Origin: an uncultured archaeon
Lineage (GTDB): Archaea; Hadarchaeota; Hadarchaeia; Hadarchaeales; Hadarchaeaceae
DNA length: 64,000 bases
NCBI GenBank assembly: GCA_937921735.1
Contig: CAKZTQ010000016.1
Coordinates: 1 to 64,000 of the forward strand
Reading direction: 5' to 3'
The position numbers and the translations under genes were made by a program. The notes beneath the pieces are model-generated. The model was given only the letters and a program-made list of their open reading frames with translations, made no database searches and was not told the origin of the DNA. Below, piece by piece: positions 27,750 through 37,495 of the stretch. The first letter of the stretch is position 1. Each line of letters starts with the position of its first letter.

Positions 27750-28753
27750 CACGCCCTCGCCTTCCTGATGGTCCTCCTTTGGCTCCATACGCTCATCCTT
27801 CCCCCCTGTTCATCCCTCATCGACTTGCCCGTATACTCCAAGTATACCTCGTCGAGCGTGGGCTTCGTCAGCGAAAGCCTCGTCACCGCGTATCCCTTGT
27901 TCCTTATGGCCTCGATTATCATGGGGGCGGTCTTTTCTCCGTCCTCCACCTTTATCCTATAAGTGTTATCCTGCTTTTTCACCTCCTTTACGCTCGGGAT
28001 CTCTTCGATCAAGTTCGCAACCTCCACATCCCCGGCTTGGATCTCTAGGGTGATGATATCCCCTCCGAGGTCCCTTTTCAGCTCATCGGGTGGACCCATC
28101 TTCACTATTTTGCCGTTGTCGATGATCGCCACCCTATCGCAGAGTGCATCGGCTTCCTCTAGGTAGTGAGTCGTCATGAAGAGGGTCATATTGAATTCCT
28201 CCTTCAGCAGCCTTATGTAGTCCCAGATCGCCGCCCTCGTCTGGACGTCCAATCCCAACGTCGGCTCGTCCAAGAAAAGCACGCGGGGCCTGTTTATGAG
28301 GCCGCATGCCAGCTCTAGCCTTCTCCTCATGCCTCCAGAATAGGTTTCTACCTTTTTGTCCTTGAACTTAGTCAGTTCGACGAGCTCCAGGAGCTCGGCT
28401 GCACGCTTTTTCGACACCTCCCGGGGTATGCCATAGAGGTCACCGCAGAGGATTATGTTTTCGTATCCAGTTAGGTCCTCGTCGGCGGTATACTCCTGGG
28501 GGACAACCCCTATACGGTTTCTGACCTCACCCGCTTGTTTCACGATATCATATCCGCATACCGTGGCGTGACCCTCGGTGGGTTTTATCACAGTTATCAA
28601 CATGTTGATGGTAGTCGTCTTCCCAGCGCCATTCGGGCCAAGAAAGCCGAAGATCTCTCCCTCCCTCACGCTGAAACTGATGTGGTCCACCGCCACGACG
28701 TCGCCGTTGAAAACCTTGGTCAGCCCCACCGCGTTTATTATGTCATCCCTCAT
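27749..28753 (-). CDS. ABC transporter ATP-binding protein (DrrA-like)
   Basis: GPNGAGKT, YSGGMRRRL, LDEPT, THYLEEAD. Confidence 0.93.
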   Translation of the reverse strand: MRDDIINAVGLTKVFNGDVVAVDHISFSVREGEIFGFLGPNGAGKTTTINMLITVIKPTEGHATVCGYDIVKQAGEVRNRIGVVPQEYTADEDLTGYENIILCGDLYGIPREVSKKRAAELLELVELTKFKDKKVETYSGGMRRRLELACGLINRPRVLFLDEPTLGLDVQTRAAIWDYIRLLKEEFNMTLFMTTHYLEEADALCDRVAIIDNGKIVKMGPPDELKRDLGGDIITLEIQAGDVEVANLIEEIPSVKEVKKQDNTYRIKVEDGEKTAPMIIEAIRNKGYAVTRLSLTKPTLDEVYLEYTGKSMRDEQGGRMSVWSQRRTIRKARA

Positions 28754-29304
28754 TTCTCCACCCCAAATCTTTTCGCTACCGCCTCTATCTCTTGGGCGGC
28801 CCTGTTGAGCACGTCCGCGACTTCGCCCAAGGCTTGCTCCAACTGTCCTTCCTCCAGCTTGTCCTTCAACCCCCAAAGCGCGACCGCCAGCCTTCTCATG
28901 GCTTCCCGCAGCTCGACGATCTTTCCAGCGCGGAGGTCAAGCCACGGAGGACCGAAAAAAGGAGGCGCGAAGAATTTTAGCTTCTTATCGAATTCTTCCT
29001 TTATCCTTCGATGTTCCTCGAAGAAGACCCTTCCCTTGTCCGTGAGCGAATAGCACCTCCTACCGCCCTCTTTTGTAGGCACCTCTTGTATGTAACCCTC
29101 GTCTTGCAGCCACGCGAGAAGGGGATAAATCGAACCTGGACTCGGCCTCCAACACCCCCCGCTCCGTCTCTCTATTTCCTCCATTATCTCTGAGCCGGAC
29201 ATGGGTTTTTTGCTGAGGAGCTCCAAGACATAATATCGAAGCAGGCCCTTTGGAGCGAAGGCCGTGTGCCTCATCCAGTGTTTGAACGGATGTAGATCCC
29301 CCAT
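28750..29304 (-). CDS. PadR family transcriptional regulator
   Basis: PMSGSEIM, WRPSPGSIYPLL, YSLTDKG. Confidence 0.92.
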   Translation of the reverse strand: MGDLHPFKHWMRHTAFAPKGLLRYYVLELLSKKPMSGSEIMEEIERRSGGCWRPSPGSIYPLLAWLQDEGYIQEVPTKEGGRRCYSLTDKGRVFFEEHRRIKEEFDKKLKFFAPPFFGPPWLDLRAGKIVELREAMRRLAVALWGLKDKLEEGQLEQALGEVADVLNRAAQEIEAVAKRFGVEK

Positions 29305-29306
29305 TG

Positions 29307-29348
29307 TATCGTCGTTGATATCAAATTCGATATATTTAAAGATATCGA
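29307..29348. promoter_or_regulatory. Putative PadR operator (overlapping TATC-N6-GATA repeats)
   Basis: TATCGTCGTTGATA and TATCAAATTCGATA next to a TATA-like stretch upstream of padR. Confidence 0.5.
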
Positions 29349-29371
29349 CCCCGAAAAAGTGCGGGGTGGTT

Positions 29372-30604
29372 TTACGTGGTATATCTGGAATTTATCCTTA
29401 CATAGTCGTAGGTGAGGTCACATCCCCAAGCGATGGCCGATGCCTTCCCAGCTGCAAGGTCTACCTGGATTTCGATTTCCTTGCCCCGCATCACATCCCT
29501 CGCTCGCTCGAGAGCCCTCTTGGATTTCGGCTTGCCCTTCTCCACCAAGGTGACGCGGCCGCGCTCGCTGGCGAACTCCAGGCTGATCCTCGAGGGATCG
29601 AACGAGGCACCGGAGTAGCCAAGCGCGGCAACCACCCTCCCCCAGTTTGGGTCCCGCCCGAAGACCGCGGCCTTCACCAGGTTCGAGCCGGCCACGGCAA
29701 GTGCCGCTCGCTTGGCATCGGCTTCGTTGCGCGCCCCGTTTACCCTCACCTCTATCAGATGGGTTGCCCCCTCTCCATCTTTGGCTATCATGCGCGCCAG
29801 CTCGAGGAGCAGGTAGTCCAACCCTGCCTGGAACATCTTATCCATGCGCCTTAGGGTTATGGGGCGATTCCCGGCCCGCCCATTGGCCATCACCAACACC
29901 ATGTCGTTAGTGCTGGTATCCCCGTCCACGCTGATCATGTTGAAACTTCGGTCGACGGAGCGTTGGAGCGCCACCCTCAGCGCGGCAGGCGTGATCACGG
30001 CGTCGGTCACCACCAGCGCCAGCATGGTCGCGACCTTCATCCTAGGCCGGATCATGCCAGCGCCCTTGGCTATGCCCGCCATGGTGACTGTCCCGCCGTC
30101 CTCCAGGTCTACCCTGATGGCGATCTCCTTTGGAAAGGTATCGGTGGTCATCACCGCCCTCGCCGCGTTCAAGCTGGCCTCACGCGAGTTGGAGAGCTCC
30201 TGAACGGCCGCCCTTATGCCTGCCTCGATCCGTCGCATGGGCAGGTAGACCCCTATCACGCCCGTCGACGCCACCGCCACGTCCCTCGTCCGAAGACCCA
30301 GTAGCTTGGCGGTCAGCTGAGCCATGCGGCGAGCATCCCGGATACCCCTCTTGCCGGTGAAGGCGTTGGCGTTGCCGCTGTTGGCCACCACGGCCGCCAG
30401 CTTGCCATCCTTGAGGTGCTCGGCGGTGACGAGCAAGGGGGCACCCTTTACTAGGTTCGCGGTGAAGGAACCCGCGGCGGGCACGGGGCCGTCCTCGCTG
30501 ACGAGCAGCATCAGGTCCAGGCCTCGCCTTTTGATGCCAGCCCTCACGCCCGCGACCAAAAATCCCGGGACCACCGTCAGCCCGCCCTCGAGCACGGTGA
30601 TCAT
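29372..30604 (-). CDS. argJ: Ornithine acetyltransferase / N-acetylglutamate synthase
   Basis: NSGNANA, STGVIG, AKGAGMI, ATML autocleavage site, DGDTSTND, DPNWGR. Confidence 0.96.
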   Translation of the reverse strand: MITVLEGGLTVVPGFLVAGVRAGIKRRGLDLMLLVSEDGPVPAAGSFTANLVKGAPLLVTAEHLKDGKLAAVVANSGNANAFTGKRGIRDARRMAQLTAKLLGLRTRDVAVASTGVIGVYLPMRRIEAGIRAAVQELSNSREASLNAARAVMTTDTFPKEIAIRVDLEDGGTVTMAGIAKGAGMIRPRMKVATMLALVVTDAVITPAALRVALQRSVDRSFNMISVDGDTSTNDMVLVMANGRAGNRPITLRRMDKMFQAGLDYLLLELARMIAKDGEGATHLIEVRVNGARNEADAKRAALAVAGSNLVKAAVFGRDPNWGRVVAALGYSGASFDPSRISLEFASERGRVTLVEKGKPKSKRALERARDVMRGKEIEIQVDLAAGKASAIAWGCDLTYDYVRINSRYTT

Positions 30605-30612
30605 AGCTTCAC

Positions 30613-31641
30613 CTACGGGCGCAACGGAGGCCCTTTCAATCCCTTCGCCTCGTCGATGCCGAACATCAGGTTCATGTTTTGGATGGCCTGCCCCGACGCG
30701 CCCTTGACGAGGTTATCTATGGCCGAAACCACCACGAGCCTTTTGCCCTCCGCGTCGCACTCCACCCCTATGTCGCAGTAATTCGAACCCACGATGAAGT
30801 TGACCTGCGGCAAATCGTCCAGCACCCGAACGAACGGCTCACCCCTATAGAACTCGCGATAGAGCTGAAGCACCTCCTCCTTGGACATCGGCTCGCGTGC
30901 GAAGACGTGCGCGGTCGACAAGATGCCCCGCACGATGGGTATGAGGTGGGGCGTGAAGTGTGCCCTTACCTTTCGTCCGGCGAGCTTGCTCAGCTCTTGG
31001 TCTATCTCGGGCCCATGGCGATGGGTAGTCACCGCGTAGGCGCGGATGTTCGCGCCGCAAAGGGGATGATGGGTGACCTCGCCAGGTGCCGCTCCGGCCC
31101 CCGAGGTGCCGCTCTTCGCGTCGATTATTATGTACTCCATGTCCACGAGGTCCTCCCTGACCAGAGGTGCCAAGCTCAACACGGCCGCCGTCGGGTAGCA
31201 GCCGGGGTTGGCGACCAGCCTCGCACCTCTTATCCTCTCGCGGTAGAGCTCGGGCAGACCGTAGATGGCCTTGAGGTGTGGGCTCTCGTGCTTGACGTAA
31301 TATCGCTCATAGGTGGCCGGATCGTCGAACCTGTAGTCGGCGCTGAGGTCGATCACCTTCGCGCCTCCGTCGAGGATCTTGGGCACGAACTTCATGGCGA
31401 CACCGTGTGGCGTGGCCGTGAAGACGAGGTCGGTCTTTTCACCGATCTCCTCGTATCTCGGCTCGGTTATCGTCAGGTCGATCAGCCCGCGGAGGTTCGG
31501 GTGCACCTTGGGGAGGGGCAACCCCACGTTTTTGATGTCGTACGCGCCGACGATCTCGACCTCTGGATGACCCAGCAACAGCCTGAAGAGCTCGCCCCCC
31601 GCGTAGCCGGATGCTCCCACGACCGCCACCTCGATGGTCAA
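30613..31641 (-). CDS. argC: N-acetyl-gamma-glutamyl-phosphate reductase
   Basis: GASGYAG, ANPGCYPT, DNLVKGASGQA. Confidence 0.96.
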   Translation of the reverse strand: MTIEVAVVGASGYAGGELFRLLLGHPEVEIVGAYDIKNVGLPLPKVHPNLRGLIDLTITEPRYEEIGEKTDLVFTATPHGVAMKFVPKILDGGAKVIDLSADYRFDDPATYERYYVKHESPHLKAIYGLPELYRERIRGARLVANPGCYPTAAVLSLAPLVREDLVDMEYIIIDAKSGTSGAGAAPGEVTHHPLCGANIRAYAVTTHRHGPEIDQELSKLAGRKVRAHFTPHLIPIVRGILSTAHVFAREPMSKEEVLQLYREFYRGEPFVRVLDDLPQVNFIVGSNYCDIGVECDAEGKRLVVVSAIDNLVKGASGQAIQNMNLMFGIDEAKGLKGPPLRP

Positions 31642-33119
31642 TGCAATCTCCTCCTCACTTCCTTCAACAACTTTTTCTCGGCTTTTTCGATCGCCCTAGC
31701 CCTCGCCTTTCTCAACTTTTCTCGATTTTTCGCTGCCCTTCTCAATTGTTTAATTTGTTCTCTAACTGATCTCGGCGATGGTCCACCGATAGTACCTCTT
31801 GCTTCGATGCATTTATCCAAGTCAAGGGCGGACCTGAACTCGTCCTCCGTGAGCTGGACTTCCTTGCCTAGGATCTCACGGCATGCGGCTTGTAGGTCGT
31901 CCAGCACCAGAGCGTCAGGTGATTTACCCTCTTCGATCGCCTTTGCCACCATCCGCCCTACGGCGGCGTGTGCCTCCCTGAACGCGATCCCAGCCTTGCG
32001 GACAAGAAGGTCGGCTAGCTCCGTCGCCGTGGTGAAGCCCCTTTGGGCGCGCTTACGCATCATATCTGGTTTTGGTTTGATCGCGCCCACGAGCCTAGAC
32101 ATGACCTTCACGCTGTCGAGCGTTTGATCGACGGCATCCCACAGCAGGGGGGTCAGCTCCTGTAGGTCCAAGCTGTACGATTGCGGGAGGGCTTTCATCA
32201 CCGATAGAGCACCGACTAGGTCACCGCTCAAGCGCGCAGCCTTCGCACGAGCGATCTCCGCTACCACGGGGTTCTTCTTCTGGGGCATGATGCTGCTCGT
32301 CGCGGTGAATTCGTCTGGCATCTCAACCATATCGAACTCCGCCGAGCTCCAGATGACAAGCTCTTCGGCCAACCTGCTCAAGTTGATCATCAAGATCGCG
32401 AGCGCGGATATCGCTTGAAGCGCAAAGTCTCGCGCGCCGACGGCATCCATGGTATTCTCCATCACGCGTTTGAATCCGAGCAGACGCGCGACGCGGACCC
32501 GATCGATCGAAAAACCCGTGCCCGCTAAAGCGCAAGCGCCCATAGGGCAATAATTCGTCTGGTCAAAGGCCTGTGAAATACGTTCTGCGTCTCTGAGGAA
32601 GGCCGATGCGTAGGCAACGAGGTAATGCGCAAACGTGGTCGGCTGAGCGATCTGCATGTGAGTATAGCCGGGCATGATGGTATCGACGTGTTCTTCCGCG
32701 ACCGTCAGCAGGTTGTTCACGAGCTCCAACAGCGCGGCCTCAAGTTCGAGCAGGTCCTTCCTAAGGGTCATGCGGATTGCCGTCGCCACTTGGTCGTTTC
32801 GGCTCTTCGCGGTGTGGAGCTTCCCACCGATTTCCTCACCCACGATCCCGACGATGAACTTCTCGATAGCCATGTGGATGTCCTCGAGCTCGGGCTTTAA
32901 CTCCAGCGCTTCCACGCCCCGCTCGTGAAGCTCATACAACGCTCGCAGGATGGCAGCCCCATCTTCTGGTGAGATGATCCGGCGCTCGGCGAGCATTATA
33001 CTATGGGCCATGTTGATGTGAACAACGGGCTTAAAGATCCTGACGTCGGTTTGCATCGAAGAAGTATATTTGCTGGCCATTTCGTCCATCGTTTTTCCGA
33101 GGCGTCCGCCACGCAACAT
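31638..33119 (-). CDS. argH: Argininosuccinate lyase
   Basis: SRNDQ, MPGYTH, SSIMPQKKNP. Confidence 0.96.
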   Translation of the reverse strand: MLRGGRLGKTMDEMASKYTSSMQTDVRIFKPVVHINMAHSIMLAERRIISPEDGAAILRALYELHERGVEALELKPELEDIHMAIEKFIVGIVGEEIGGKLHTAKSRNDQVATAIRMTLRKDLLELEAALLELVNNLLTVAEEHVDTIMPGYTHMQIAQPTTFAHYLVAYASAFLRDAERISQAFDQTNYCPMGACALAGTGFSIDRVRVARLLGFKRVMENTMDAVGARDFALQAISALAILMINLSRLAEELVIWSSAEFDMVEMPDEFTATSSIMPQKKNPVVAEIARAKAARLSGDLVGALSVMKALPQSYSLDLQELTPLLWDAVDQTLDSVKVMSRLVGAIKPKPDMMRKRAQRGFTTATELADLLVRKAGIAFREAHAAVGRMVAKAIEEGKSPDALVLDDLQAACREILGKEVQLTEDEFRSALDLDKCIEARGTIGGPSPRSVREQIKQLRRAAKNREKLRKARARAIEKAEKKLLKEVRRRLH

Positions 33120-33199
33120 CTTGGTTCTCCTTCATCTTGTTATGAGTTGTTGTTATTCAGTTCATTAAAAAAAGGTTTGGGATTTTCGGTCGGTCTTCG

Positions 33200-34384
33200 C
33201 TAGCTCTTGCCCGTCTTTCTGATGCTCGCGATCTTCTGTTGTAATCCATACAATTTTATGAACGCCTCCGCCTCCTCCCCGCTCCAGCCAGCGGCTTGTG
33301 CGTAACGTGCAATGTCCTCGCGTACTAGGGAATAAGGAGAGGAGACGCTTACTTGAATCGCGCTCATGTGTTCCAATTTCATCATCACCTCGCCCGTCAC
33401 GAACTCCTGGGTTGAGTCCACGAATGCTTCGATGTCGCGCATGACGGGCTCGTAAAATAGGCCTCGGTACGACAGGTCCGCATATGTATTTTCCAGAGTG
33501 GCCTTGACCGCGAGTTGGCGGCGCGTGAGCACGAGCCTCTCGAGTGCCCTATGGGCCTCGATGAGCAGGAGCAAACCCGGAGCTTCGAACGCTTGGAAGC
33601 CCTTTATCCCAACTGTCTCGTCCTCGACGTAGAGGCCCCTTCCATAGCCATGGGCACCGGCTATCGCGTTCAGTTGTTGAAGGATCTCTATCCCATGCAT
33701 CCTTTTCCCATTTAGCTCGACGGGTATACCTTTTTCGAACGAGATCCTGACGTACTCCGGTTCTCTTTTCGTTACCCTAGTGAGCACCCAGGCTTCCTCG
33801 CTGGGCTCCTTGTTCTCATCTATCTCCGAGCCGGAGATCGTACGGCCGAAGACGTTTTCGTTGATCGTATACCTCTTCGTCAGCTCCCTTACCTCGAACC
33901 CTTTTTTCTCCAGATATTCTACCTCCTGTGCTCTAGTCATTCCAAGCTCGCGGATAGGTGCGATTACTTTGAGATCGGGGGCCAAGCACATCACGGTCAC
34001 GTCGATCCGCACCTGATCGTTGCCCGCGCCAGTGCATCCATGGGCGACCGCGGCGGCGCCCTCCTTCCTCGCGACTTCGATTAAGTGTTTTGCGATGGTG
34101 TAGCGGTCGGAGCACATCAGGGGATACTTGCCCTCGTAGAGCGCGTTCGCTTTGATGATGTAGGAGATTATCTCATCGAAAATTTCCTGCCTCGCATCGA
34201 TGAAATAGTGCCTCATGGCGCCCAGTTCCTTCGAGCGATTTTCGATGTATTTTAATTCCTCCTCGCTCAGCCCGCCTGTATCGACGGTCAGGGTAATCAC
34301 ATCGTAACCCCTCTCCCTCAAGTTGAGCACGCAAAAACTCGTATCCAACCCACCGGAGAAAGCCAGCACGACCTTTTGGGCCAC
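33200..34384 (-). CDS. argG: Argininosuccinate synthase
   Basis: LAFSGGLDTS, HGCTGAGNDQVR, FEAPG. Confidence 0.93.
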   Translation of the reverse strand: MAQKVVLAFSGGLDTSFCVLNLRERGYDVITLTVDTGGLSEEELKYIENRSKELGAMRHYFIDARQEIFDEIISYIIKANALYEGKYPLMCSDRYTIAKHLIEVARKEGAAAVAHGCTGAGNDQVRIDVTVMCLAPDLKVIAPIRELGMTRAQEVEYLEKKGFEVRELTKRYTINENVFGRTISGSEIDENKEPSEEAWVLTRVTKREPEYVRISFEKGIPVELNGKRMHGIEILQQLNAIAGAHGYGRGLYVEDETVGIKGFQAFEAPGLLLLIEAHRALERLVLTRRQLAVKATLENTYADLSYRGLFYEPVMRDIEAFVDSTQEFVTGEVMMKLEHMSAIQVSVSSPYSLVREDIARYAQAAGWSGEEAEAFIKLYGLQQKIASIRKTGKS

Positions 34385-34490
34385 CCTAACCCTCCGCTTA
34401 ATTTTGTCCACGCATATTTATGCCGTTATCCCCCGAAAAACCTTTTAGGTTTGCGGCTCTTTACGCTACGGATGAAAAGCCGGTGTGCAA

Positions 34491-34922
34491 ATGGCGAGGA
34501 TAGTCTACGCGGGCGATGGTTGCACGGGTTGCAAGAGATGCATCGTGGCGTGCGCGCATGCCCACGATGGGACCTTTAGCCTTGAAGCAGGGCGCATATG
34601 GGTGGTGAAGGAGGAGCCCCTCACCGACCATCCCGTGGTGTGCGTTCAGTGCGTCAAGCCGAGATGTCAAGAGGCTTGCCCGGTGGGGGCCATCCGTAGG
34701 GTCGACGATCTCGTGCTCGTCGACGAAGGCGCCTGTATCGGCTGCGGCGCCTGCGCGGAGGCTTGTCCTTTCGGCGCCATAGCCCTACATCCCTCCAAAG
34801 GGGTAGCGATCAAGTGCGACCTCTGCGGTGGCGACCCGGCCTGCGTGAAGTTTTGCCCGGCTGGCGTGTTGAAGCTGAAGGAGCCAGCAGCGGTCGTCCA
34901 GCAGAAGGGGGCCAGGGGGTGA
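34491..34922 (+). CDS. 4Fe-4S electron-transfer subunit (AOR partner)
   Basis: Multiple CxxCxxxC...CP motifs, KCDLCGGDPACVKFCP. Confidence 0.92.
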   Translation: MARIVYAGDGCTGCKRCIVACAHAHDGTFSLEAGRIWVVKEEPLTDHPVVCVQCVKPRCQEACPVGAIRRVDDLVLVDEGACIGCGACAEACPFGAIALHPSKGVAIKCDLCGGDPACVKFCPAGVLKLKEPAAVVQQKGARG

Positions 34923-34926
34923 TGTC

Positions 34927-36837
34927 CTGTCATACCCACTCGGAGGATACATGGGGCAGGTTTTGAGGGTCGATCTGACCAAGCGTAAGGTGCTCGTCGA
35001 GCGACTCCCGAAGGAGTTGGCGCTCAACTACCTCGGGGGGACTGGCTTCGCCGCCAGGATCTTGTTCGACGAACTCGAGCCGGGCATGAACGCCCTGGGC
35101 CCCGAGAACAGGTTGATCTTTGGCACAGGCCCTTTGACGGGCACGCTTTGGCCCACTGCGGGGAGGTGGGCGGTCTACGCAAAATCCCCTTTGACGGACA
35201 TCTGGGGGGAATCGCACTGCGGCGGGTTCTTCGGCACCGAGCTGAAGTTCGCAGGTTACGATATGGTGATAGTGCAGGGGAGGGCCGACGACCCCGTCTA
35301 CCTATGGATAGACGATGACGAGGTCCAGCTCTTACCGGCGAAGGACCTCTGGGGCCGCAACACGGCTGAGACCACGGATATGATCCGAGAGGCGCTCGGA
35401 GATCGCGAAATAGAGGTGGCATGTATTGGACAAGCGGGCGAGAGGCTGGTTCGATTCGCCTGCATCATGCACAATTATCAAGATGCCGCCGGCAGGACGG
35501 GAATGGGCGCGGTCATGGGCAGCAAGCGCCTGAAGGCGGTCGCCGTGAGGGGCTCCCGCGCGGTGAGCGTGGCCGATGACGAGCGTTTCATGGAGCTGGC
35601 GGAGGAGGCCCACCGGCGCGTATTGGAACAGCCGCAGGCCAGGGAGATGACCAAGTACGGCACGCCCCTATTGGTCGCGTACAAATCGGAGATAGGGGAG
35701 CTACCGACGCGAAACCATCAAACCGGCATCTTCGGGGGAGCTCAGAAATTACAGGCGGACACCATCCGCGCCAAGTACTTCGCCAAGGTCCGCTCCTGCT
35801 TCGGTTGCTGCATCATGTGTAAGAAGGTGAACAGGATACAGGAGGGCCCATACGCGGGCCTCATCTCGGGTGGCCCTGAGTACGAGGGGATATACTCGCT
35901 CGGCACCAACTGTGGCATCGACGATTTCGGTGCGATACTCAAGGCAAACCAATTGTGCAATCTTTACGGTCTGGACGCGATCTCAGCGGGCTGCGTGGTA
36001 GCTTGGCTGATGGAGTGCTACGAGCGCGGTCTCCTCAGCCGCCAGGACTGCGATGGACTGGAGCCGACTTGGGGCAACCACGAAGTCATGGTGACGCTCA
36101 TCGAGAAGATCGCTAAGCGGGAGGGGATCGGAGATGTCCTCGCTGAGGGAAGCTACCGGGCAGCACAGCGTTTGGGCAAGGGGGAGGAGTACGTGATGCA
36201 CGTCAAGAAGCTGGAGATCTCGGGCCAGGATGGCCGTACCCATCGAAGCGTCGCGCTGACGCACGCGATATCCGTTCGCGGGGCAGATCACCTACGCTCG
36301 CTCGTTACCGTGGATCAGCTAGGCTACGAGGACACGGCGGCGAAGCGCTATGGCAGGGACAAGCTGCCAGAGGTATGCGATCCCTACAGCGAGCGATACA
36401 AGGCGCTCGTCGTGAAGGATGCGGAGGATACCTTCGCGATACGCGATAGCTTGATCGTGTGCTGGTACTCCTGCGGTTGGCCTCCCATATTCTGGATGCC
36501 GGACTTTGCCGCCGTTGCGTCCGCGGCCACCGGCGTGGAGAAGTTCGGCAAGCTGGAGGAGCTCTACCGAATAGCCCAGCGCATATGTAACCTTAGGAGG
36601 GCCTTCAACGTACGCGAGGGGCTGGACAGGAGGCACGACATGCTGCCCAAGCGCTTCACCCATGAGCCCATGCCCGAAGGACCGGGGAAGGGGCAAGTAG
36701 CAAATCTTGAAATAATGTTGAATGAATATTACAAATTGAGGGGTTGGAGCGAGAATGGCGTGCCGACCAAGCAAACATTGGATGAACTTGGGTTGAGCGA
36801 CGTGGCGGAAGAGCTTAAACGCCTAGGTAGGTTGTGA
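34927..36837 (+). CDS. aor: Tungsten aldehyde:ferredoxin oxidoreductase family protein
   Basis: AKSPLT, GMGAVMGSKRLKAV, CFGC...C, GPEYE, LDAIS; probable CTG start. Confidence 0.93.
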   Translation: MSYPLGGYMGQVLRVDLTKRKVLVERLPKELALNYLGGTGFAARILFDELEPGMNALGPENRLIFGTGPLTGTLWPTAGRWAVYAKSPLTDIWGESHCGGFFGTELKFAGYDMVIVQGRADDPVYLWIDDDEVQLLPAKDLWGRNTAETTDMIREALGDREIEVACIGQAGERLVRFACIMHNYQDAAGRTGMGAVMGSKRLKAVAVRGSRAVSVADDERFMELAEEAHRRVLEQPQAREMTKYGTPLLVAYKSEIGELPTRNHQTGIFGGAQKLQADTIRAKYFAKVRSCFGCCIMCKKVNRIQEGPYAGLISGGPEYEGIYSLGTNCGIDDFGAILKANQLCNLYGLDAISAGCVVAWLMECYERGLLSRQDCDGLEPTWGNHEVMVTLIEKIAKREGIGDVLAEGSYRAAQRLGKGEEYVMHVKKLEISGQDGRTHRSVALTHAISVRGADHLRSLVTVDQLGYEDTAAKRYGRDKLPEVCDPYSERYKALVVKDAEDTFAIRDSLIVCWYSCGWPPIFWMPDFAAVASAATGVEKFGKLEELYRIAQRICNLRRAFNVREGLDRRHDMLPKRFTHEPMPEGPGKGQVANLEIMLNEYYKLRGWSENGVPTKQTLDELGLSDVAEELKRLGRL

Positions 36838-36842
36838 ATTGC

Positions 36843-37127
36843 ATGGAGGTCGTGATCAGACTTCATGGCGACTTATGCGCGAAGGCTGGCACGAGCACGA
36901 TAAAACTGCCGATCGACGAGAACGAGACGATAGATACCCTGCTGATGAAGCTCGGCAGACGTCACTCGGATTTGCTCGAGGCCATCCTCGATCCCCAGAC
37001 GGGAGAGCTGAGGTCTCACTGCAACATCTTGCTCAACGGCAGGCGCGTTCAGCAGCTTCGCGGCATCCACACCAAACTGAAGCACAAGGATGAGATAGCG
37101 ATCTTTCCACCGGAGTCGGGCGGTTAG
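36843..37127 (+). CDS. MoaD/SAMP ubiquitin-like sulfur carrier
   Basis: ILLNGR...DEIAIFPPESGG* C-terminal GG. Confidence 0.9.
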   Translation: MEVVIRLHGDLCAKAGTSTIKLPIDENETIDTLLMKLGRRHSDLLEAILDPQTGELRSHCNILLNGRRVQQLRGIHTKLKHKDEIAIFPPESGG

Positions 37128-37146
37128 TTGTGGCATGGTGTCTGAG

Positions 37147-37446
37147 TTATTTACGTTGTTTTTCATGAAGCTTATGGGATGTTTTCTCAATTTTTGTTAG
37201 CAATTCGGCGATGCTTGGGTCAGCTAATCTATACCTAACCCATTTCCCCTGGCGTACTCCTTCCACAGATCCGCACCTGCGGGCGATCCGTAGGTGGTAG
37301 GAGATCAACGATTGCTCCTTTCCCAGCTCCTTGGAGATCTCGCACACGCAGCGCTCGCCGTCCTTCAACGCCCAGAGGATTTTAAACCTAGTTTCGTCTG
37401 CTATGCACTTGAGCAAGGCGAGTTGGTTACCGATGGGCTTTGACAT
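37147..37446 (-). CDS. ArsR/SmtB family regulator
   Basis: ADETRFKIL, ERCVCEI, QSLISYHL. Confidence 0.92.
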   Translation of the reverse strand: MSKPIGNQLALLKCIADETRFKILWALKDGERCVCEISKELGKEQSLISYHLRIARRCGSVEGVRQGKWVRYRLADPSIAELLTKIEKTSHKLHEKQRK

Positions 37447-37495
37447 GAACTCACCTTGAAAATATCGCGCCTCGCTAACGAGATAGGAAAACCCA

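Noticed and set aside
30679-32127. 482-aa plus-strand ORF and many similar long antisense ORFs
   Set aside because: Shadow frames of argC/argH and other real genes, typical of high-GC DNA
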